10,281 nt of DNA, from NCBI GenBank assembly GCA_016840855.1, contig JAEORO010000227.1, forward strand, positions 1-10,281, in the 5' to 3' direction. Shown one piece after another: positions 1 to 8,053 of this stretch. Positions within the stretch are counted from its first letter, which is position 1. Each line of letters begins with the position of its first letter. The notes beneath the pieces were generated by a model, which ran no database searches, was not told the DNA's origin, and was given only the letters and a program-made list of their open reading frames with translations. The position numbers and the translations under genes are program-made. Source of the DNA: Candidatus Thorarchaeota archaeon (GTDB lineage Archaea; Asgardarchaeota; Thorarchaeia; Thorarchaeales; Thorarchaeaceae).

Positions 1-2
1 CA

Positions 3-3000
3 GATACAGAACTGACTTTGATTGAGGCAGCACTTCCTTCTCCATGTCTTGATTACATGGTCTATACATTCCTATATTCAGATTCATCTGGAAGTGGAAT
101 AACAAATGATACTTCCAATGTGATAATAAACGTAGATTTTGTTGGAGTCACTGTTGATATATCGCAGGTGGACATCTGGGAAATTGATAGTAGCGGAAGA
201 CCGGGTGAATATTCTATTGGATTAAATAATTCAATACTTGGAGGAACAGGTATCTTTTCCATGAGAGTCTTCATCAACTGGTCTGCTGGGATTTATCCGT
301 TTTATACCAACAGAGCGGATTTAATCTCTGTAAGAGTACTTCCAAGAACTGCCATACTTTCAGTCATACCTCCTACTAGCATTCCCTTCGGTGAGAATGC
401 TACATTCTCGTTTACATATGAAGACACGACGGGAGGCACCTCCAGTCCTATCACATATAATGCCTTAGCGATGACGATGTCACTGAATGTGCCAGATTTC
501 ACAATGACATACAACTCGCTGGACAGACTATATACAGTTTCATTCAACACAAGTCAGCTAGGTGCTCCATTAGGACAGAGATTATTGATACTAAGTCTTA
601 CTTGGAGTGGATTACCATTCTATTCAAATGTCACTGGACGAGTTATTGAAATTACGCTGATTGAAAGGCAGACACTTCTAACATATCCTACTCCTCCTGA
701 AACACCCTATGGTAACAATGTCACCTTTAGTGTTACATATATTGACATCGCAGGTTCCGACTCGAAAGTTGTCTTAGGAACCATAATTAAGATATATGAC
801 GGACCAACAGAAATTCCGTTCAGTTATGTTCACATCATGCATGTAGGATCAGGAGAATATCAAATCGAACTGAACACATCCTATTTTAGCCAACCGGGGC
901 TATATTCGCTTAGAATTGAAGCCTCGTCGGGACAATTTTACTACCAGGCAAGAAGTACTACAAAAAGCCTTGAGGTCAATTATCGGACAACATTGTTGAC
1001 CGCTGAGCCAGTTGGATCTGTTCCATATAATGCCTCATTTACTATTATTCTGCATTATCAGGATCTTGATTCACTTGTACCGATAAGAAATGGTACAGGG
1101 GTTGTAACTAATTTAGAGATTCTGAATGGAACTAGTTGGAAGTTTACATGTTCTTGGAGGGCTACGCTACAAAACTATCTTCTCACAATCGAAACATATA
1201 ACCAAGTGCTTGAACTAGGTAAGACCTATTATCTCTGGTTGAATTTCAGCTCAGAATATACAATACCGTTCTATGATTGGGCTGATGTTTTGGTGCCCTT
1301 CCAGATGCGTGAGAGGGACACCAACTTGGTCTTGATTTCAGCGCCATCGCAGACATACTATCAGAATTATGCGAACTTCACTATCTTATTCAGAGATGTG
1401 TTAACATCATCAGGCATCACTGGCGGTTCAATTTCACTGTATTTCGGATTAGAGCTTCTTCAGCCCTCAGTAGACTACACAATCATTGAAGTGAGTGCTG
1501 GCAGGTACACAATTTCAGTAGATACAGCAGTTTTTGGCAGTACTGGAAGTCACACACTGCTGGTGATTGCAGACTGGTCTGCTGGATCTCCATATTATCA
1601 TGATGCACAAAAGAACATTATTTTTTCAGTCATTGAAAGACCAACAAATGTTGAGATAATATTTCCACCGAGCAAAACATGGTATCTTGACAATGTATCA
1701 TTAGATTTCGCTTTCATAGATATGTCAACAGGTCAAAGAGTGAACATTGCACTCGCAGACATCAAAGTATACAGCGGGCTTACACTTCTTTCATATGGTG
1801 AATATGTCATTCAACCAATTGGTTCGATATACAAGCTCCAAATCAACTCCACAGTGATTAACGCTAACCTGGTGAGCAATTGGAACATAACAATTGAAGT
1901 TGATTGGACAGCCGGTGCACCATTCTATAAAGATGATACAACCTCTGTTTTTGTCAGCACAATAGGTAGGATTGGAACTATTGAGCTGAGTCAAGTTGAG
2001 GAAACACCATTTGGAGATACCATGAACATTAGCTTGTTGTACACAGATCAGAGAACAGGGTTACCAATAGAAGGCGCAACCATTGTTCTTGATTGCGTCG
2101 AAGTGCCGGGTCTGACTGAGGGAGTCGATTATTGGGTGCAGATGGGAACTGGTGTGGATTCAGGAAAATATAGAATTCTTGTTAGCACTGCATGGCTGGG
2201 AAGCCTTGGAATCTTTACCTTTGATATTGAAGTGCAATGGAGTGCAGTAGTAAGTCCCTACTATAGCAATATTATGGTAACAGGAGTAAAGGGAAGTGTT
2301 CGCGCAATTCAAACATCTGTTTCTAGCGATTTGCCATCACCCTCAGTAGTAGCATTCTATGAGGACATTTTCTTCTTAATTCAATTCACAGATACAGACC
2401 ATGGAATTTCGATTAATGGTGCAGAAGGACAGATTTCTGTGAGGTATGGAACAACGGGTCCAGAACCATCATCTTGGTCAGTTCAAGCACTAGGTGGAGG
2501 ACAATATAATATTACATTGAGCATGATGGATTCTTTGAGTGTAGGACTACAATCTGTAACCGTTACAATCAATCATTCACCCTATCAAATTGCTCAGACA
2601 TCTGTAGTGTTTGGGTTAAGGAATAGAGTTGCTGGATTATATGCTGTTGTTGCACCTACAAACTATGCAGGGTATGCAACATCTGTCACAATATATCTTG
2701 TTGATTATGACGCTAATGACAATCCACTTCCAGGAGCAACTCTAAACCTAATTTGGGGAGATTCTTCGTCATATGTAGATCTTGGTGACGGTAGCTATAA
2801 TGTAACACTCCAGACTGGAAATCTGAATTTTGGCTCTCAAACTTTAACTGTACAAGCTAATATGTTACATTATTCAACTACTTCGCTGAATGTAGAGATC
2901 AACCTTCTTGCAGTGCCCTCAGAGTTGATAGTCACTTGGAGTGGACCAAGAGGTGGCAGTGAGATATATTGGGGTGAACCCCTAACTATTTACGCAGCAA

Positions 3001-4830
3001 TCAATGATACTCTTAGGAATCAGACGGTTTCAGTAGCGACTATTACCTATGACTGGGTTGGTGGATACGATTCATTTCTGCCCTCAGGAATGACTGGCAA
3101 CTACTCAGCGATTCTTGATACTAGCTTGGGTGCAATATCAGATACAACCATTGTTTTGATTGAGGGAAGTGCACCAAACTATATTGATGCATCATATCAG
3201 CTTGTCTTCAGACTTTTGCCGAGACCAATGGAGGTTATTCCAGAAGAAAGCAAGTATGTCTTTACAGTTCCTAATGGAAACACTGCTGAAGTAATCGTTT
3301 ACTTGCAAGATTTACTTGATAGCAATCTTGTGACTGAAGCGATACTTTCAGCAAGTTGGGTTTACGATACCAATCTAACATTGATTGAGATTCCAACCGA
3401 TCCCGGACATTACAAACTATCAATCCCAACTGGGTCAGCTGGTTCTGGAAGCTACGAAATTTGGATAGATGCATCAAAAGAAAACTACGGTGATTCATCA
3501 GCAACTTTGATAATGGCAATATCAAAAATCCAGATGGTTGTATGGCTAGATAATACCACTGCCACCTATGAATATACTTCGTTCTATTGGTCAGAGATTG
3601 TTAGAATTGGAGTCTATGTTCTTGCACCAGCCCTTAATGCGTCCTATCCATTCTCCACAGGGTTGAACGGTCTGATCGTTACTTGGGCTTCACCAGAACT
3701 TGCCGCAAATGGAACTCTCGTGAATGGAGTCTTAATAGGTGGACCAGGGTATTATTATTATGACTTCAATACTAGCCAAGGAATCGCAGCGCTTCATACA
3801 TTCATCATCTCAGCAAACCCACCAGATAATGATTATGAACGAGCAGACAACTCTACAACGATATTCGTGAAAAATCTAGAGGCATCCATTATTTCACCAG
3901 GCGCGCCTGAATTTGTTTGGGGATGGACAGGTCTAGTTAATGTCACATATTATGACATCTTTCACGCACAGGGTATGCAAGCTGATTTCTCTGAATTCTC
4001 ATGGGCTGGTGGATATGGTAGTGCTATCTATCTAGGTGGAGGAGTTTATGGTATACCAATTGACTCAGCAAAACTCAGACCAGGAACTTATGCCATCACA
4101 ATTGAATTTCGTAAGGCAAACTATGAGGATGCAGAGATAACGATTAGAATCCACATTGCGCCAGTCCCGACGGAGATTGCAATTCTCCTCCATCCAATTT
4201 ATCAAATAGGTGACACATGGACGGATCTACAAGTTCCCTATGGAGAAATACTTACAGTCACCTTATTGTACAACGACACAAATAGTGGTAGAGGAATTCC
4301 AGGGGCTTCGTTCAATAATTCGGTCTTTACAGGACCGGGAGTGTTCGAAGACCCTCTAAACCTAACAAATCATGGAAATGGCAATTACTCCTTTATCTTC
4401 AACACACTTGACTGGAATCTTGGAAACACAATTGAATTTAAGATAATATTCATGCTTGTAAACCATACAACAGCATTCTTTGATTTTGAGATAACCATTA
4501 TCAGAATTCAAACTGATCTTGATGTAGTCGGGCCCTCAGTAATTTCCCTCAACTGGGGGTTGAACACCACCTTCTGGGTTTATTATTCAGATGCGTGGCC
4601 AGGACACTCAGGCGAGGGCATTACTGATGCGACAATAGTAATTGAGTACGGACCACAAGGAGGAAGATACGCTACTGTTGAATACCTTGGTCCCGATACA
4701 AGTCGTCCTGGATACTATCAGTTCAGTATCATCGCATCAAGTATATCAGGTGTCGAAGATGTAATAATCAAGTTCAATAAGACGTGGTATATTGAAAACG
4801 AAGTATCCCTCTCAATTTCTGTAAGTCCAT
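3..4830 (+). repeat. Array of ~15 degenerate protein-level Ig-like repeats (96-116 aa)
   Basis: The motif (R/I/V)xTx(L/I)...P...(P/Y)(Y/F/W)(G)xNxT(F/I)xxx(Y/F)xD recurs at about nt 3, 345, 666, 984, 1314, 1638, 1968, 2307, 2625, 2913, 3222, 3528, 3876, 4164 and 4506. Many units also carry GxYx(I/L)x(F/L/V)(N/D)T and GxYx(L/I)x(I/V). The repeats are not obvious at DNA level. Confidence 0.8.
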
Positions 4831-6158
4831 CTGAGGAGGATATATTGAGGCTCAATACATTCACCTTTGGTGGAGCTCTTATTATCATCCTAATTCTTGG
4901 TTCTCTTGTGTGGGTACGCATTCTAAGAGTGCCAAAGTTAGTTAGAATAATGAGCGGTCAGATTCGGCAAGTACAAAGAGGAAAAGTACCGAAACCAGCG
5001 AAAGGTGTTCGGGCAAGAAATGCCCTTGCGGCAGAGATATTTAATGAAATCTATGAGCCAATTGGATTGAAAAGAAAGGCATCTCAAATGCCTATAGAAC
5101 CCATCATTATAGAAGTACCTGAAATTGATGAGCTAATTATAGATCTCTCAATCCTGACTGGTATGACTCAGGAGGAAATTAATGACTTCAAATCTGAGAT
5201 ATCAAAGATGAAGATGAGTCAACAAACCACATTTGTTAGAGAAGTGATTCATCAGGAGGTCATAAGAGTTGCAGGTGTCCAGAACAAGCCTATTGAACAG
5301 GTGATTGAAGAGGTTGTGGCAGAGCGAAGACGGAGAATTGGAGGATTTGCGCCACCAGTAGCCACACCAGAAGTATACGAAGAAATGGAGGAAGAAGCTG
5401 AGGTTTCCGAGGAAGAAGAGGAAGGTATCGATTTTGAATATAGAATGAGAGAGTTTGAGCTCGAAGAAATGGCTGCAGAACTAGAAAAACGGGGTATTCC
5501 AAAGCACGAGATTGAGTCATTCATTGCTCAGGCTCGTGAACTGCCCAAAGATGTGGTTGAGTTACTTCTCCAGAGCTTTCAGCCAAAAGAAAAAGTGAAA
5601 GAAGTCGAAAAAGAAACGGAGCATCTCTCTGAAAAGGAGATTGAGGACCTTAGAGCAGAGCTGGTCAGACGAAAAGCTAGCGACCGTGAGATTGAGTCGA
5701 TCATTGAACAAGCAAGAAGCCTTCCAAGAGAACTTGCACTTGAATTCTTCAAAGAACCTGAGGATGAGCCTAAGAGGAAGAAAGTCAAGAAAGTCGAGAA
5801 GCTCTCAAAAGAAGAACTTCAAGATTTGAAGAAGGAGTTGGAAGGTAAAGGAGTACCTGAAAAAGAGATCAAGTCAATTATGAAACAAGCTCAAGCAGTT
5901 CCGAAGGATAAAGTTGAGGAATATCTCAAGACAATTGAAGATCAAGAACACAAAGAGCCAATTGATGAGGTTGAATTTGAAGACAGACTCAGCGAGTTTG
6001 AGGTCGAAGAGCTTCGCATGGAACTTGAGAAGCGAGGTTTGCCTGAAGAGGAAATAAACTCAATTGTGAAGCAAGCTAAAAACCTTCCCAGTGCGCTAAT
6101 TGATGATCTATTGAAGAGCATTGATGAAGACCTAGAACATAGGAAAAAACAGGAGTAA
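3..6158 (+). CDS. Giant type-I single-pass membrane (cell-surface) glycoprotein with tandem Ig-like beta-sandwich repeats, a TM helix and a cytoplasmic helical-repeat tail; 5'-truncated
   Basis: The frame is open from base 3 (DTELTLIEAA...), and this segment matches the repeat-start motif (RDTNLVL, RQTLLTY). The TTG at 18 is therefore probably internal, and no signal peptide is present. The ectodomain is T/S/Y/I/V-rich with alternating beta-strand patterns and dozens of N-x-S/T sequons. One hydrophobic helix, FTFGGALIIILILGSLVWV (~4860-4916), is followed by a basic stretch (RILRVPKLVR..., positive-inside rule) and then an E/K-rich tail. Stop TAA at 6156-6158. Confidence 0.9.
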   Translation, partial: DTELTLIEAALPSPCLDYMVYTFLYSDSSGSGITNDTSNVIINVDFVGVTVDISQVDIWEIDSSGRPGEYSIGLNNSILGGTGIFSMRVFINWSAGIYPFYTNRADLISVRVLPRTAILSVIPPTSIPFGENATFSFTYEDTTGGTSSPITYNALAMTMSLNVPDFTMTYNSLDRLYTVSFNTSQLGAPLGQRLLILSLTWSGLPFYSNVTGRVIEITLIERQTLLTYPTPPETPYGNNVTFSVTYIDIAGSDSKVVLGTIIKIYDGPTEIPFSYVHIMHVGSGEYQIELNTSYFSQPGLYSLRIEASSGQFYYQARSTTKSLEVNYRTTLLTAEPVGSVPYNASFTIILHYQDLDSLVPIRNGTGVVTNLEILNGTSWKFTCSWRATLQNYLLTIETYNQVLELGKTYYLWLNFSSEYTIPFYDWADVLVPFQMRERDTNLVLISAPSQTYYQNYANFTILFRDVLTSSGITGGSISLYFGLELLQPSVDYTIIEVSAGRYTISVDTAVFGSTGSHTLLVIADWSAGSPYYHDAQKNIIFSVIERPTNVEIIFPPSKTWYLDNVSLDFAFIDMSTGQRVNIALADIKVYSGLTLLSYGEYVIQPIGSIYKLQINSTVINANLVSNWNITIEVDWTAGAPFYKDDTTSVFVSTIGRIGTIELSQVEETPFGDTMNISLLYTDQRTGLPIEGATIVLDCVEVPGLTEGVDYWVQMGTGVDSGKYRILVSTAWLGSLGIFTFDIEVQWSAVVSPYYSNIMVTGVKGSVRAIQTSVSSDLPSPSVVAFYEDIFFLIQFTDTDHGISINGAEGQISVRYGTTGPEPSSWSVQALGGGQYNITLSMMDSLSVGLQSVTVTINHSPYQIAQTSVVFGLRNRVAGLYAVVAPTNYAGYATSVTIYLVDYDANDNPLPGATLNLIWGDSSSYVDLGDGSYNVTLQTGNLNFGSQTLTVQANMLHYSTTSLNVEINLLAVPSELIVTWSGPRGGSEIYWGEPLTIYAAINDTLRNQTVSVATITYDWVGGYDSFLPSGMTGNYSAILDTSLGAISDTTIVLIEGSAPNYIDASYQLVFRLLPRPMEVIPEESKYVFTVPNGNTAEVIVYLQDLLDSNLVTEAILSASWVYDTNLTLIEIPTDPGHYKLSIPTGSAGSGSYEIWIDASKENYGDSSATLIMAISKIQMVVWLDNTTATYEYTSFYWSEIVRIGVYVLAPALNASYPFSTGLNGLIVTWASPELAANGTLVNGVLIGGPGYYYYDFNTSQGIAALHTFIISANPPDNDYERADNSTTIFVKNLEASIISPGAPEFVWGWTGLVNVTYYDIFHAQGMQADFSEFSWAGGYGSAIYLGGGVYGIPIDSAKLRPGTYAITIEFRKANYEDAEITIRIHIAPVPTEIAILLHPIYQIGDTWTDLQVPYGEILTVTLLYNDTNSGRGIPGASFNNSVFTGPGVFEDPLNLTNHGNGNYSFIFNTLDWNLGNTIEFKIIFMLVNHTTAFFDFEITIIRIQTDLDVVGPSVISLNWGLNTTFWVYYSDAWPGHSGEGITDATIVIEYGPQGGRYATVEYLGPDTSRPGYYQFSIIASSISGVEDVIIKFNKTWYIENEVSLSISVSPSEEDILRLNTFTFGGALIIILILGSLVWVRILRVPKLVRIMSGQIRQVQRGKVPKPAKGVRARNALAAEIFNEIYEPIGLKRKASQMPIEPIIIEVPEIDELIIDLSILTGMTQEEINDFKSEISKMKMSQQTTFVREVIHQEVIRVAGVQNKPIEQVIEEVVAERRRRIGGFAPPVATPEVYEEMEEEAEVSEEEEEGIDFEYRMREFELEEMAAELEKRGIPKHEIESFIAQARELPKDVVELLLQSFQPKEKVKEVEKETEHLSEKEIEDLRAELVRRKASDREIESIIEQARSLPRELALEFFKEPEDEPKRKKVKKVEKLSKEELQDLKKELEGKGVPEKEIKSIMKQAQAVPKDKVEEYLKTIEDQEHKEPIDEVEFEDRLSEFEVEELRMELEKRGLPEEEINSIVKQAKNLPSALIDDLLKSIDEDLEHRKKQE
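5433..6122 (+). repeat. Four tandem ~60 aa cytoplasmic alpha-helical repeats
   Basis: R1 (5433-5579) MREFELEEMAAELEKRGIPKHEIESFIAQARELPKDVVELLL; R2 (5616-5750) LSEKEIEDLRAELVRRKASDREIESIIEQARSLPRELALEFF; R3 (5793-5936) LSKEELQDLKKELEGKGVPEKEIKSIMKQAQAVPKDKVEEYL; R4 (5976-6122) LSEFEVEELRMELEKRGLPEEEINSIVKQAKNLPSALIDDLL. Periods are 180, 177 and 186 nt. Confidence 0.88.
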
Positions 6159-6189
6159 CCGCAATAGCAGAGTTCCAAAGCTGTCATAT

Positions 6190-7524
6190 TCATTTCTTTA
6201 ATATTAGTATCCATTCACCAATCATGCGCTCAGGGCGAGGGATCCGTATGAAATGATGAATCAATTTCGAAAAGAAAGTTCGTTCCAGCTCAAACCCCAT
6301 GGCAGAAGTAGCAATATCTGAGAGTATTTTGTTGGATTGTACTTCTACACCACGAATGAGATTGTTTCCGATTGCTATACAATACCGGGCTTCAGGTTTT
6401 AAAATCCTAAACATCTCTGAAAGTTGTTCTTCCATGTCTTTGAAGAACTTGTACACGATGAAAGACCTTCTGGGATCCACATCGAATATCCTTTCGAGTA
6501 TTGGGTCTAATGTTTCATATCCTGATGTCTTTAGAGTGCTATACTCATCCTTGTAGACTGTTTCAGTACCAATATACTCTCTCTTTACGTGTGAGAGTGG
6601 CCCTTCTTCAAGAAGACTGAGCCAATACATTTCCAACTGGTGTGTCCGGGGATAGTCTACTGCATTAATGTATGGAGGAGAAGTTACAGCAAGGTTTACA
6701 GAATCATCATCTAAGTTTGTTTCAAGAGCAGTTCCTATAGGTAAATAAACCTCATTTTTATCAAGTGTTTTTGAAATTTTAGAAAACTCGGACATTGAAG
6801 TACACTGCCGAAAGAGCATTTCAGTGAACTTTACAAATGTGTTACCGGGAGAGATTTTCTTGACTACCTTTTTCCTAAGGACAGTTCTTGTACAATGAGG
6901 ATCGGCATTTGATACATCTCGGATAATAGATGAGAGAACCACCCGGAAGAAATCACGAACATTTTGCCGCTCTGAGTTTTGTATGTTTTTCAAAGATACA
7001 ATTTCAATGCTATCCTTGATGATTGCAAGCTCTCTTAAGACAAATGGACGGAACCAGCTATCTCGATAGTGAAACTCAGGTATTGAAGGAATGTAATCCG
7101 AAGTATCTTGTAGAATTTTAATCTGGTCAAGTAATGCTCGTGTAGCCAGTGTCAATTTTTTTGGATTAATGGGCGTTGTCTTGACTTTTGTAATAAGACG
7201 TGCCATTGGATCAATATCGATTCCAATAGCAGTCCGATTATTCAAAACCGCTTCCAGAACAACAGTCCCACTTCCGCACATCGGGTCTAATACAACATCA
7301 CCGTTATTGGAATATTTACGAATCAAGTATCGAGGTAGCTCTGGAAAAAACTTTGCAGGGAACTTATGGATACCGTGAGTCAAGTATGATTGGTCATTGC
7401 TGATGATGAGAATCTTGCTTAGATTTGGAATCTCAAGATTTGGATTGATATCACCCTCAATCTCAATTAATTCAGTCATGTCTTCGGATGCTGCTGCTGC
7501 ATCAGACGATGTTGACAAATCCAC
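6190..7524 (-). CDS. Site-specific amino-DNA methyltransferase, alpha-class motif order, probably N4-cytosine (m4C)
   Basis: Motif X-like THGIHKFPAKFFPEL and SAM-binding motif I VLDPMCGSGT followed by GIDIDP lie near the N-terminus. After ~190 aa of variable (target-recognition) region come catalytic motif IV VTSPPY and then MFRILKP..YCIAIGN. SPPY is typical of m4C enzymes. The GTG start at 7524 has AGGTG 10 nt upstream; an alternative ATG is at 7479. Confidence 0.88.
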   Translation of the reverse strand: MDLSTSSDAAAASEDMTELIEIEGDINPNLEIPNLSKILIISNDQSYLTHGIHKFPAKFFPELPRYLIRKYSNNGDVVLDPMCGSGTVVLEAVLNNRTAIGIDIDPMARLITKVKTTPINPKKLTLATRALLDQIKILQDTSDYIPSIPEFHYRDSWFRPFVLRELAIIKDSIEIVSLKNIQNSERQNVRDFFRVVLSSIIRDVSNADPHCTRTVLRKKVVKKISPGNTFVKFTEMLFRQCTSMSEFSKISKTLDKNEVYLPIGTALETNLDDDSVNLAVTSPPYINAVDYPRTHQLEMYWLSLLEEGPLSHVKREYIGTETVYKDEYSTLKTSGYETLDPILERIFDVDPRRSFIVYKFFKDMEEQLSEMFRILKPEARYCIAIGNNLIRGVEVQSNKILSDIATSAMGFELERTFFSKLIHHFIRIPRPERMIGEWILILKK

Positions 7525-7586
7525 CTTATGCGCCCACCTTCTGCTCCGGGAGAAACCAAACTTGTGACTAGGAATGTTTGACCATC

Positions 7587-7598
7587 ATATATTAAATA
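7587..7598. promoter_or_regulatory. Putative TATA box(es) in the divergent intergenic region
   Basis: ATATATTAAATA lies between the divergent starts at 7524 (-) and 7665 (+). It reads TTAAATA on + and TTTAATATAT on -. A purine-rich AAGGAGAG RBS-like tract precedes ATG 7665. Confidence 0.45.
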
Positions 7599-7664
7599 CT
7601 AGAAGGACTTACAGCAAGTGACCCTTTTGAGGGTTATGTAAAAAGAAGGAGAGAAAAATCTGAA

Positions 7665-7988
7665 ATGGCTGAGCTAAAGAAGATTGGGGATATTCTAATT
7701 CTCCTTGGTGGAATAGTTGGTCTTATTGAAGGTATTTTGACCATCCTGCAAAACCCTCTGTTGAGGTTTCTGCCATATGTAGTATTAGTAGATCCCTTGA
7801 TAACAGGAATTTTGGGAATAATATTTTCATTAATAGCACTGGTCAACAGTGGTAATCTGAAAATCAAGGTACTTGAGTTTCAGAATAAATGGCTTGTAGT
7901 GCTAATAATGGGTATTCTCATGTACCTGTTTGCCAGCGGTCTTGGTGGCGCATTAGTCATAATTGGCGCAATTCTATTATTGCTTTAG
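7665..7988 (+). CDS. Small hydrophobic membrane protein, ~4 TM helices, unknown function
   Basis: 107 aa, almost all hydrophobic and Gly-rich (ILILLGGIVGLIEGILTIL; ITGILGIIFSLIALV; WLVVLIMGILMYLF; LGGALVIIGAILLLL). RBS-like AGGAG upstream. Confidence 0.82.
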   Translation: MAELKKIGDILILLGGIVGLIEGILTILQNPLLRFLPYVVLVDPLITGILGIIFSLIALVNSGNLKIKVLEFQNKWLVVLIMGILMYLFASGLGGALVIIGAILLLL

Positions 7989-8002
7989 TTTAGGTTTGTT
8001 AC

Positions 8003-8026
8003 GCACCAGCTCTGTTGAGCTGGTGC
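8003..8026. terminator. Perfect inverted repeat between convergent genes; putative terminator or RNA-stability hairpin
   Basis: GCACCAGCTC-TGTT-GAGCTGGTGC gives a 10-bp perfect stem with a 4-nt loop. It sits in the 65-bp gap between the stops at 7988 (+) and 8054 (-), and a T-rich tract (TTCCATTTTTCTGTTCT) follows on +. Confidence 0.65.
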
Positions 8027-8053
8027 TGCATTCCATTTTTCTGTTCTAACCAA

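Noticed and set aside
18-20. TTG at 18 as the true start of the giant protein
   Set aside because: The frame is open from base 3, the preceding codons (DTELT) fit the repeat-start motif, and no signal peptide follows. The gene is 5'-truncated.
62-6214. Short antisense or alternate-frame ORFs inside the giant gene (62-277, 302-550, 1791-1994, 3271-3525, 4718-4921, 5252-5524, 5290-5520, 5579-5788, 5641-5829, 5942-6214)
   Set aside because: These are shadows of the real CDS. The Ser/Phe-rich ones are the reverse complement of Glu/Lys codons, and none has a recognisable motif.
7521-7540. Direct repeat CCACCTT x2 at the methyltransferase start
   Set aside because: Explained by the AAGGTGG RBS-like site and the GTG start context on the minus strand. 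Too short to call a target-site duplication.
7621-7634. Small inverted repeat ACCCT-TTTG-AGGGT in the 5' region of the 107-aa gene
   Set aside because: Only a 5-bp stem, which is expected by chance. No further support as an operator or riboregulator.
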